64,000 bases of DNA from a virus (IMGVR_UViG_3300029985_000036:22570-86569); one strand, 5' to 3'; counted from the stretch's first letter, positions 43,296 through 51,042 are shown. A program made the numbers and translations. Notes: generated by a model from the sequence alone, not told the origin.

Positions 43296-43718
43296 CTATT
43301 CAATTTGACTTGGAACCTCATCGTTCAGTTCACGGATCCATTCAAACTTGCGGATTTTGGTAGCGATGTACGATGGCCAGGTGCCGATGTACCAGGCAGT
43401 ATTCATGACAGAATACATCAGCTGGTGCAGCACTGTTCCAGTCGATAGTGCAACCAGTCGATTGATCTCACGCTCGAGATTTGCAACTGTCCGATCGTCC
43501 CGATATTGCCAATGGTTGAGAGAAAAGTCCACCACGGCGATATCACGAGCTGCCCTGTACGCAAACAACAGAGGGCGACGCTGTTCTTGAAATATGAGTG
43601 AATATACGAAGAACGCCCGATCCCGTTCATCACTGTATTCTTGGGTGTAGCCAACAACATTACTGCGAAGCAATGCTTCAGCCATGTCGAGTTCATCATC
43701 AGTCAGAAACATGTTCAT
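43296..43718 (-). CDS. Hypothetical protein
   Basis: 140 aa, AAGGA RBS. Confidence 0.65.
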   Translation of the reverse strand: MNMFLTDDELDMAEALLRSNVVGYTQEYSDERDRAFFVYSLIFQEQRRPLLFAYRAARDIAVVDFSLNHWQYRDDRTVANLEREINRLVALSTGTVLHQLMYSVMNTAWYIGTWPSYIATKIRKFEWIRELNDEVPSQIE

Positions 43719-43835
43719 GATTGTTTTCCTTGATAACAGTATTTCTGACCATGATGGACAGAATGGGTTGATGTTATAGCATAGAAATTTTAGACAGGAT
43801 GTAGCGTAGTTTCTGGTGCAGGGTAGGGCGGTGGG

Positions 43836-44003
43836 TTAGGCGTAGAACGTGACCATGTTTTTGAAACTTTTGGTGAAACTGCCGTGGTTGGGTGCAAATG
43901 CATTGGTCCGCCCCTGAAAGATGTAGTGCAGTACCGCATGGATTTGTTTCCGAAGAAACCCATACAAAATACCAACTAGAAACCACGTAATAAGAGAGTC
44001 CAT
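43836..44003 (-). CDS. Small membrane protein (not in ORF track)
   Basis: AAGGAG RBS, MDSLITWFLVGILYGFLRK..., 55 aa. Confidence 0.55.
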   Translation of the reverse strand: MDSLITWFLVGILYGFLRKQIHAVLHYIFQGRTNAFAPNHGSFTKSFKNMVTFYA

Positions 44004-44047
44004 AACACAGCTCCTTAATACGATAAAAGATTGAATTATGTTGGTAT

Positions 44048-44082
44048 CTTCACTAAAATAATATATATCTGATTATCGATGA
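44048..44082 (-). promoter_or_regulatory. Phage early promoter
   Basis: Minus strand ...TCAGATATATATTATTTTAGTGAAG. Confidence 0.7.
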
Positions 44083-44108
44083 TATCATACATTCTACTAA
44101 AAAATAAA

Positions 44109-44152
44109 GAGACTATGATCAACTCAGGTATACCTGAGTTGATCATAGTCTC
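44109..44152 (-). terminator. Perfect 44-bp palindrome terminator
   Basis: GAGACTATGATCAACTCAGGTA|TACCTGAGTTGATCATAGTCTC. Confidence 0.7.
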
Positions 44153-44159
44153 GGTTTAC

Positions 44160-44540
44160 TCAATCCTTACGAACAACACCGCGGTTGTTTAGAAACGCAA
44201 TCAAATCCATCGCAACATATTTGAATGTCGGATCCGTCTGAAAGAAGATGGGATCGAACTCTACCACGGTATTCTCGACGAGACCCTTGTACACTTCCGC
44301 GGGGGTCTCTTCATCATAATACGCAACATCGTATCGACCAGTAAGTGGCACCAGACTAAAGCATCCCGCAGTACCATCCCGACGTCCGACGAGGACACAC
44401 TCTCTTTTCGGAATGGTTTTCGCACGCCAAGTCTCATTGAATTCTTGCATTGCATCATTCCGACCCGTGGGTCCGAACAGATTTGAAATGCAGAATGTCG
44501 GCGAAACAAACGAATTGACATTAAACATGGCACAACTCAC
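44160..44540 (-). CDS. Hypothetical protein
   Basis: ORF between promoter and terminator; start uncertain. Confidence 0.6.
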   Translation of the reverse strand: MSCAMFNVNSFVSPTFCISNLFGPTGRNDAMQEFNETWRAKTIPKRECVLVGRRDGTAGCFSLVPLTGRYDVAYYDEETPAEVYKGLVENTVVEFDPIFFQTDPTFKYVAMDLIAFLNNRGVVRKD

Positions 44541-44576
44541 TTACGTGTGAATAGATTTAGATACTTTGCTTTGTAT

Positions 44577-44613
44577 CTTCATTGTAGTGATATATATCTG
44601 AAATAGAATGAAA
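44577..44613 (-). promoter_or_regulatory. Phage early promoter
   Basis: Minus strand TTTCATTCTATTTCAGATATATATCACTACAATGAAG. Confidence 0.75.
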
Positions 44614-44652
44614 CGCTGTTTAATATTCAAATAAAAAAATAAAGAAACTTCG

Positions 44653-44685
44653 ATCCAGAGTCTTCCTTTGGGGAAGACTCTGGAT
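44653..44685 (-). terminator. Terminator of the ncRNA operon
   Basis: ATCCAGAGTCTTCC...GGAAGACTCTGGAT followed on minus strand by TTTCTTTATTTTTT. Confidence 0.75.
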
Positions 44686-45293
44686 GTACTATAGTTCCGA
44701 CGCTGTGCTCATGACCGTCCTGCTGACTTACCGTAATCGATACCAGAACGGATCCTAAGATCTCGTACTATTGGTGTATGATTATCGACGTCCTGGACGT
44801 GTGTCACCTTTTGGTATTGTCGGATAGGTGTGGGTGGTGTTGAGACCTCGTGAGGATCCCATCTCTGCTAGCTATTTGTGAAGCACTGGCATCCCATATT
44901 GCTTCTACAGACTCCAATTTATGGCTTCTGTACAGCCAGAGGCTCCTGTAGTCTGCAATTGGGCATTCACAAAACTCCTTTAGACGCTAGTGCGAGCTCC
45001 CCTCGCACGATTTTCGGCCATGTCATTACACTGCTTCCTCTGGTTATTTCTAATACAATGGGACGACAATAGTGGCGTGACTAATACCACTTTATCGACG
45101 GTATCAGACCACATTAAAGGTCCGATAAGTCTCAACAGCTTATGCGCCTACGTGTGTTCGTGCACGGGTGGTTCATCCGCTGTGTAACAAGCATCTCTCA
45201 ATCATGCATTCATGTTCACAACTGGGTGTGAATTATACATGTACACGAAGATCTGAATACTTGGGGTTGAGTTGAGACCAATGTGGTTCACCC
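44686..45293 (-). ncRNA. Large structured ncRNA (~600 nt) downstream of hammerhead 1
   Basis: No credible ORF; nested stems 44838-44846/45129-45137, 44875-44882/44966-44973, 44905-44910/44946-44951, 44990-44996/45002-45008. Confidence 0.55.
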
Positions 45294-45343
45294 GACATAC
45301 AAGCTTGTATGTTTCGCTCTTACCAAGGAGCTCATCAGGGGTG
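45289..45343 (-). ncRNA. Hammerhead ribozyme 1 (type I)
   Basis: CACCC CUGAUGA GCUC-cuugguaa-GAGC GAAA CAUAC-aagcuu-GUAUG UC/GGGUG: complete core, three stems, GUC cleavage between 45294 and 45293. Confidence 0.92.
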
Positions 45344-45633
45344 GAAAATCTATGGATGCAGGTGTACGAACAATGCCCGCAAGGCCTGCATCCATAGTTG
45401 CGCGGGTCCACAACTAGCTGTGGCAAAGGTGGCAGCGCCGGTGCCCCACAACCCCACGATCAACAAAGTTAGTTAACTTTGTTGCAGATAGCTATCGTAA
45501 CCCATCTCATGTATTGTGAGATGGGTTACGATAAGTCGCACCTTTCGATCAGTACAAACTAGCAATGTTTGGTTCTGCAGAACCAAACACAGACGCTGGA
45601 CCGATGGGGAGAATACAAGCGACCAAATTGTAG
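45344..45633 (-). ncRNA. Structured RNA between the two hammerheads
   Basis: Stems 45350-45362/45385-45397, 45461-45484, 45493-45509/45517-45533, 45566-45589, 45425-45431/45539-45545; no credible ORF. Confidence 0.6.
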
Positions 45634-45686
45634 ACATCCGACACACGTAGAGTGTGTTTCGACCTATAAGGTCTCATCAGGGATGT
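45634..45686 (-). ncRNA. Hammerhead ribozyme 2 (type I)
   Basis: ACAUCC CUGAUGA GACCU-uau-AGGUC GAAA CACAC-ucuac-GUGUG UC/GGAUGU; cleavage between 45640 and 45639. Confidence 0.92.
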
Positions 45687-45694
45687 TGTAGCAA

Positions 45695-45967
45695 AGTTGA
45701 CTTAGAGAATCAAACGGAAATATTTGTAGAGACTAGACTACCATATTCTCCAATTTGTTGTGACCCTAGTAAATGAATAGTGCAACCTATCAATAGATAA
45801 AACAAAGGGGCACCAGTGTTCTACTATGTACACGATTCAAACCAGGGACAAATCAGAGACGATCATCTACTCCACCCGAAGAGTCCATCCAGACAATACC
45901 GATGGGGGTCTTTTCCGTGTCACGTGTTCTCGACAGGACTTGCGTCCCTTGATTCTCTAAGTCAACT
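45695..45967 (-). ncRNA. ~270-nt RNA domain closed by perfect 19-bp stem
   Basis: AGTTGACTTAGAGAATCAA (45695-45713) pairs with TTGATTCTCTAAGTCAACT (45949-45967); internal GGAC-GCAA-GUCC GNRA hairpin. Confidence 0.6.
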
Positions 45968-45978
45968 CTAAAGAAAGC

Positions 45979-46068
45979 AGATCCTTTCTCAACTTTCGGA
46001 TCTATTATCAACCAGCATGCGGTACAATAACAATTAGAGTTTCATTATTGTGCTGAGACATATTGACA
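45979..46068 (-). ncRNA. Unknown pseudoknotted RNA motif, copy C
   Basis: AUGUCUCAGCACAAU..AUUGUACCGCAUGCUGGUUGAU..GAUCCGAAAGUUGAGAAAGGAUC. Confidence 0.7.
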
Positions 46069-46133
46069 GGGTCACTTACCTAATACCAAAGCTCCAACAC
46101 ATCAATAGGTGATAATATTTTTGTTATAGAAGT

Positions 46134-46263
46134 GGCCCTTTCTCAACCTTCGGGTCCTCATCAACCAGCATGCGGTATAACTTACTCAGGGTTACAGTCT
46201 ATCCCAACAGCCAAGAAGGAACAACTGTAATTGATTATGAGGGTTATGCTGAGACATATCATG
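46134..46263 (-). ncRNA. Unknown pseudoknotted RNA motif, copy B (long variable stem)
   Basis: AUGUCUCAGCAUAAC..GUUAUACCGCAUGCUGGUUGAU..GACCCGAAGGUUGAGAAAGGGCC. Confidence 0.7.
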
Positions 46264-46342
46264 CGCGTACAGACTAATTCTGAACGCTCAATGACAGGTT
46301 GCTGTCTAACTAAACTCTTTGTAATTGTTCCTCTAAAGGAAC

Positions 46343-46426
46343 GATCCTTTCTCAACTTTCGGATCTTCGTTAATCAGCATGCGCTACATTACTGCGGGGC
46401 AGAGATTGTGCTGAGACATGTCAACA
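46343..46426 (-). ncRNA. Unknown pseudoknotted RNA motif, copy A
   Basis: AUGUCUCAGCACAAU..AAUGUAGCGCAUGCUGAUUAAC..GAUCCGAAAGUUGAGAAAGGAUC. Confidence 0.7.
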
Positions 46427-46534
46427 GGGGAGAATCCATTGACAGATTAACGATACACTCATTTTCCACATAGAATAATTCTAGTGGGTGATTTGTTACT
46501 CCAACATCTATAAATTACAGATGTCTTTGTATAT

Positions 46535-46570
46535 CTCATAATTGTAATATATATCTGAATATGGATGAAC
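46535..46570 (-). promoter_or_regulatory. Phage early promoter driving the ncRNA operon
   Basis: Minus strand GTTCATCCATATTCAGATATATATTACAATTATGAG. Confidence 0.75.
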
Positions 46571-46599
46571 TTTATCCATATAATTATTAAAAGGTTCTT

Positions 46600-47080
46600 T
46601 TATTTTGCAGACCAAAGGATTTCATTAAATTCGTCAGTGGACACATTATGACATTGAACCAACGTGGCTTTTATTTCTGCCAAAGTTACTTTTCCAACAC
46701 CACCATTATCTCGAATACCATCTCGTATGAGATCTCCAACGGTATATCCATCAAAACGTGATGCTGGAATTACCAGTTTAAGTGACCACCGAGTACGATG
46801 TGTAAGTGATCCTGTGCCAATAAAATCCTTTAATAACATACTGCGGATATCGGCTGGAATTATATGTGTATTTTCCAGATACTTTTGGACACGTCGATAT
46901 CTGAGAACAATCGATTTTATCGTAGTCCCTGCTCGATTAAAGTATCGACCTGCTTCTATAGGTATGTCCCGCATCGACATAATCGGCTACTTCTTTTTCT
47001 GTAAATCCTCGAGCTTTGATACTTTTAATGGATTGTCTATTCTGATGGTGTTGAACATCGAAATCGGTTACATCAACCAT
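46600..47080 (-). pseudogene. Frameshifted HTH plus RNAP alpha-CTD-like gene
   Basis: RBS-led ORF 47080-46937 (..EVADYVDAGHTY) and ORF 46980-46600 (EAGRYFNRAGTTIKSIV..LTHRTRWSLK..TVGDL..GVGKVTLAEIKATL) join into one HTH near 46957. Confidence 0.55.
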
Positions 47081-47117
47081 GATGCATTTTCCTTTTGTTG
47101 AATGGCATAGAGTTTAA

Positions 47118-47145
47118 GAGAAGGAACTCTACAGAGTTCCTTCTC
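47118..47145. terminator. Hairpin
   Basis: GAGAAGGAACTCT-AC-AGAGTTCCTTCTC. Confidence 0.55.
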
Positions 47146-47162
47146 CTAAGATTATTTTGTAG

Positions 47163-47423
47163 TTAATCGACAAGCGATGGAGTAATTAATGTTTCAATAT
47201 AAGACAGGGCTGCACGCGTATCAATGAACCAATGCATTATATCAACATCAGGATCAACTTGAAAACGAGTCACCCATTCTTCATAGGGTGCCTCGAGAGA
47301 TGAGAATTTAGGATGTCGCTCATTACGAGATTCAGTTGGGTACTCAATTCCCAGCCTGTATATCCAAAAACACAAGGAACGGTATTGTTCGATGAAATTG
47401 CAAGGAGAATTGACGACACTCAA
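47163..47423 (-). CDS. Hypothetical protein
   Basis: 86 aa ORF, start uncertain, weak promoter motif at about 47480. Confidence 0.45.
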   Translation of the reverse strand: MSVVNSPCNFIEQYRSLCFWIYRLGIEYPTESRNERHPKFSSLEAPYEEWVTRFQVDPDVDIMHWFIDTRAALSYIETLITPSLVD

Positions 47424-47559
47424 GTTGAAACTGGGTCATAAGAAAACATCATCTGGAGTTATTGGTATCTCATATCATTTAAATAATATATCTATTTATT
47501 GAGATTTCAAAATCTGCGGGACGTAAGATGTTATCTCATCCCATCTTCCATTTATGATT

Positions 47560-47850
47560 TTTCGGATTCTATAGGATGGTATCTAGTAAACTAATTAATT
47601 ACTTACTTCTTATTTTTCTAATTTCATTTTTTTATTTATAAAAAAATTCCGTCTTTACTTATATAAGTTATTTTTTCTTCTTAAGTAAAAAATAACTTAT
47701 AGTAGATATTTTATACTTTAACACTTACGTCAGATATGAGTTTACCAGATCCCTCTTCTTCTTCTAGAAGGGGTCGGGTGGAGCCCGACCCCTTCTAGAA
47801 GAAGTATATAATCTATCGTCTATATAAGGGCATTGTAAAATAAAAAATAA
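47560..47850. other. AT-rich non-coding region with two inverted repeats (candidate origin/regulatory locus)
   Basis: IR 47662-47676/47687-47701 and 21-bp-arm hairpin 47758-47804. Confidence 0.4.
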
Positions 47851-47863
47851 CACAGGAAGATAG

Positions 47864-47897
47864 AGATAGGCACTGGGATTAATCCCAGTGCCTATCT
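47864..47897 (-). terminator. Perfect 34-bp palindrome terminator
   Basis: AGATAGGCACTGGGATT|AATCCCAGTGCCTATCT. Confidence 0.7.
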
Positions 47898-47909
47898 ATA
47901 GGTTACTCA

Positions 47910-48200
47910 TCAAGTTCTAATGGTTGGAATGATCTCAAAGGTACCAGGTCGTTGTTCAGCAATAGTCAACTCTGATTGCATGATGGACACAGTCCATACT
48001 GCGGTTGCATATTCACAAAAATGGGTGGTAAACCTATTCACTTGGGTTTGAAAAGAGTCAGTAACTATCTTTTCAGCCAGAGAGTAAAGCATTTCAGTAG
48101 AATGACTACCAATCATTCCCTCTGTAATCTCAACTGCACAAGTGGCAGATACAACTGGGTCATGATTACCCAGCTTACGAGTTAAAACACCAACGTACAT
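47910..48200 (-). CDS. Hypothetical protein
   Basis: 96 aa, AAGGA RBS. Confidence 0.65.
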   Translation of the reverse strand: MYVGVLTRKLGNHDPVVSATCAVEITEGMIGSHSTEMLYSLAEKIVTDSFQTQVNRFTTHFCEYATAVWTVSIMQSELTIAEQRPGTFEIIPTIRT

Positions 48201-48230
48201 GATACTATTCCTTATATTTCTGAAGAAAAG

Positions 48231-48686
48231 TTAATTCTGGATCACAAGTTGGGGATGTTGAAATCCATAGGCAACTAATCCGTTCCTATCATCAAGACTC
48301 AACATATCATTTTTAATCACGGTTTCCCCCATAATTGAATATAAAGTCTCTCCATCTTTCACATAATGCCATACCCACAGAGGGAGTAATAGCAATTGAC
48401 TGGTTTTAGTCCATCGGAAAAACCCCAAGTTGACCAGATCCTCAATTGGTACTGTAGCCAGTTCTTCTATGCTATAGGTTGGGTTTTTCTTGCTCCAAAT
48501 GGAGTCAGTTTGGTTTTTGACCACACTGTCAATTTCTGTGCAGCGGAAAGTGCGTGACCATCCTCCAATGTATTTCCCATTTGTGTCATGGATTGCAGCA
48601 TCAGTGCCGTTGTAGTGTGCTGTTCCACAGGCAGCTGCCTTCGCAATTGTTAAGAGGCGAGTACGCAGTTCAGTTACGATATCCAT
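48231..48686 (-). CDS. Hypothetical protein
   Basis: Start refined to MDIVTEL; contains LLLLPLW...LDDRNGLVAYG. Confidence 0.65.
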   Translation of the reverse strand: MDIVTELRTRLLTIAKAAACGTAHYNGTDAAIHDTNGKYIGGWSRTFRCTEIDSVVKNQTDSIWSKKNPTYSIEELATVPIEDLVNLGFFRWTKTSQLLLLPLWVWHYVKDGETLYSIMGETVIKNDMLSLDDRNGLVAYGFQHPQLVIQN

Positions 48687-48846
48687 GATAGGATCTTTCT
48701 TCAAGGTTGGAATTGTTACAGGGAGAAGTGGTGCGCAGAAAACAACTGAAGAGGAAGTCCAAGAATTTCCACTTGTGGCATAGGTGGGCATTTTCTGTAA
48801 CAGTTAAACCACAGAATTTTATTAATCTTACAGACACCCCAGGGAA

Positions 48847-49077
48847 CTACTCATTGTAGTGCCTCAGTAAAGGTAATACTGTAACGATGTCACCAACACT
48901 GTATGGATGTCTTGGTACGTCTGGTGGATAAAGGATATAAGGAATCCACCGCTGACCAGGAGCAAGATGATATTCCCGAATATCATCGTCAAATTCGATG
49001 GTAGTACCAAGCGCATTTTGTGAAATGACACTATATGGAACCATGGAATATGTCTTTTGACATTTGGCATGTATCAT
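48847..49077 (-). CDS. Small hypothetical protein
   Basis: 76 aa, AAGGA RBS. Confidence 0.55.
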   Translation of the reverse strand: MIHAKCQKTYSMVPYSVISQNALGTTIEFDDDIREYHLAPGQRWIPYILYPPDVPRHPYSVGDIVTVLPLLRHYNE

Positions 49078-49130
49078 ATTAAATTCCTTTCATGAAGTTG
49101 TGGTTAAGGCTGACATTGAAGTTAGAAGGG

Positions 49131-49694
49131 TTACTTTTTAAACCCTTCCATTGTTGCTTTTGCTACACGAGTACCCAACTCTTCATTGTTAAATCTCCTG
49201 GCAACGATGTGGGGAGTTCCAAACATGTCACTTATTGTGTAGATATGAATTGATCCAGACTTAATGGCAGCAATTGCTTCATCTTTTGTCCATCGGTACC
49301 ACCCGTTGCTGGGATTACGAATTTCTGTTGTTTCACCGATTCTGATGAAGAAAGACGCTTCTTCTTGAAGATCAACAAACACCATCGGTTCATCATGATA
49401 GTAGTTCCACAGATTACCCCGTTTGACGAGCGAAATAGAATCTTCCGTAACAGAGGTGGTGCCTGCTGGTATATTGATTGTATAGATCGGCCACGGGGAT
49501 CCATCGTAACATGTTTCGTGAATCCGACGATAGTCGACCTCGACGATTGTTGTCAACCCACGTTCTGTGGAAACCAGATCGAACTCCCAGAATTTTGTTT
49601 CCGGCAATAACACCCGTGATCGATATTCCCGACGCTCCGTATCAACAAGAAATGTAACACGATCGCCAATCTGAAGTAAGTTTCTATGTGTCAT
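49131..49694 (-). CDS. Hypothetical protein
   Basis: Start refined to MTHRN with AAGGA RBS. Confidence 0.65.
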   Translation of the reverse strand: MTHRNLLQIGDRVTFLVDTERREYRSRVLLPETKFWEFDLVSTERGLTTIVEVDYRRIHETCYDGSPWPIYTINIPAGTTSVTEDSISLVKRGNLWNYYHDEPMVFVDLQEEASFFIRIGETTEIRNPSNGWYRWTKDEAIAAIKSGSIHIYTISDMFGTPHIVARRFNNEELGTRVAKATMEGFKK

Positions 49695-49707
49695 TGTTGT
49701 AGTCCTT

Positions 49708-49920
49708 TTATTGGAAGTTATAGAATTCGAGTGGGCCAAACATGACCTTGTGGGTGCCTTTGGGAACATCCAGTTGGTCATCGATTTTTCCACGACCCAA
49801 GATTCGCCCGTTGGTGTTGGTGTATACCACAACATTGGGCACACGGAGTCCATCTGTTATATGAACGGGAATCTTTTCCAATTCAAACAGATTCTTCAGA
49901 ATCGTCGCAGTTTTGCTCAT
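49708..49920 (-). CDS. Small hypothetical protein
   Basis: 70 aa, AAGGA RBS. Confidence 0.6.
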   Translation of the reverse strand: MSKTATILKNLFELEKIPVHITDGLRVPNVVVYTNTNGRILGRGKIDDQLDVPKGTHKVMFGPLEFYNFQ

Positions 49921-49946
49921 GATACTTTCCTTTCAAGGAATTGAGA

Positions 49947-50138
49947 TTATCTGGGAACACACTCAGCTTTAACCAGCGATTGTCGCAGGTTCCGTTCGAT
50001 CATGACCCGAACATCAGTGCAAGTTTTCATAGAAGTGAACTCTTGCGTCTGCACTTCAGTCTGACCACCAACTGGACGTCCGTCGACAATACCATGTGTG
50101 CCAAGTATGATGATAAGCACAAATGCAAGATGTGGCAT
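49947..50138 (-). CDS. Small secreted/membrane protein
   Basis: AGGAG RBS, hydrophobic N-terminus, F.S...C...AEC pattern. Confidence 0.55.
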   Translation of the reverse strand: MPHLAFVLIIILGTHGIVDGRPVGGQTEVQTQEFTSMKTCTDVRVMIERNLRQSLVKAECVPR

Positions 50139-50140
50139 GA

Positions 50141-50323
50141 TTAGCTCCTGAGAATTGAAGGTAATCCATAAAGTACCAGTGCCATTACAATGACCCAACC
50201 AAGAATTATACTCCAAAACAGGATTTTTGTAACCCGCTGATGGTGTAGAAATTGCTCTTTAGCCCCGGCATAATGCTCATGTAATCTGCGGAGTAACTCG
50301 GCCAACTGGTCAAGAGACAGCAT
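50141..50323 (-). CDS. Small membrane protein
   Basis: 60 aa with C-terminal TM. Confidence 0.45.
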   Translation of the reverse strand: MLSLDQLAELLRRLHEHYAGAKEQFLHHQRVTKILFWSIILGWVIVMALVLYGLPSILRS

Positions 50324-50390
50324 TTACAGTTTCTCTTCATCAGTAAGTGAATCAAGCCAATCTTGATCTTCCTTTGATCTTTTCTGCATC

Positions 50391-50648
50391 TTACTTTTCC
50401 ATTGTTGGTAGTAGGTTGGCATCAATTGAAAGTAGTTGTGTTAGAATTTCTGAGGGAATGTCTCTCACATCTAACGATGGATATAATTGTTCATTGTTGT
50501 GCATAATTGTAAAACACATGACAATGAAATTATAGGTCGAGATAATTCGAGTTGCTTGCAAACTGTGTTGGTTATTGATACAGGGAATTCTAAATAATTT
50601 TAAGTGGGTTGCTGCCATGATCAATTGATCATCAGAAAGTTTAATCAT
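50391..50648 (-). CDS. Hypothetical protein, paralog of 51547-52008 N-domain
   Basis: Shared DI..EIL.QL...DA pattern. Confidence 0.55.
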   Translation of the reverse strand: MIKLSDDQLIMAATHLKLFRIPCINNQHSLQATRIISTYNFIVMCFTIMHNNEQLYPSLDVRDIPSEILTQLLSIDANLLPTMEK

Positions 50649-50658
50649 AAGAAGTAAC

Positions 50659-50913
50659 TTATTTCAAACGGTCGGTGTAGTATCCCACAGCGATACCAGT
50701 TCCAACCAAAACAGCTCCCACAACAATGCCCACACACAGGGTTTTAAGCCGTGAGTATGGCTTCTTGTTGGACAAATTCTGTTCCTCGTGTTGATCGAGT
50801 TCATGAAGTTGTTGATCAATCTTCCGAATGACTCGAAGGTCATTTTTATTTCTGGCGATACTGCGTTGTACCAATTCTTCTTTTAGTGCAGCCAGATGTT
50901 TTGCTTGTAACAT
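50659..50913 (-). CDS. C-terminally anchored coiled-coil protein
   Basis: AGGAG RBS, start MLQAK, C-terminal TM. Confidence 0.65.
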   Translation of the reverse strand: MLQAKHLAALKEELVQRSIARNKNDLRVIRKIDQQLHELDQHEEQNLSNKKPYSRLKTLCVGIVVGAVLVGTGIAVGYYTDRLK

Positions 50914-50949
50914 AACAAATCTCCTAAAGCTATGGATACATGAATGTAT

Positions 50950-50985
50950 CTTCAAATAAGTAATATATATCTATGTAATTATGAA
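50950..50985 (-). promoter_or_regulatory. Phage early promoter
   Basis: Minus strand ...TAGATATATATTACTTATTTGAAG. Confidence 0.75.
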
Positions 50986-51005
50986 ATCCTGAAATATACA
51001 AAAAA

Positions 51006-51042
51006 TATACAGTAGTCTGGGATCTTCCCAGACTACTGTATA
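51006..51042 (-). terminator. Hairpin terminator
   Basis: TATACAGTAGTCTGGGA-TCT-TCCCAGACTACTGTATA. Confidence 0.7.

Noticed and set aside
45372-45410. CCCGCAAGGCC on the plus strand resembling twister-sister
   Set aside because: Remaining conserved elements (UGCAAG loop, GCGCUCA) absent; better explained by the minus-strand hairpin and pseudoknot.
45695-45967. Retron msr-msd call
   Set aside because: No reverse transcriptase in the window and no recognisable branching-G context; kept only as an analogy.
45979-46426. CRISPR array interpretation of the three repeats
   Set aside because: Repeats are bipartite, 85-130 nt, with internal variable stems and irregular spacing; no cas genes.
44878-46473. 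Short ORFs 44878-45072, 44990-45187, 45202-45426 and 46231-46473
   Set aside because: No RBS, non-ATG starts, and overlap with ribozyme cores and RNA stems; treated as spurious.
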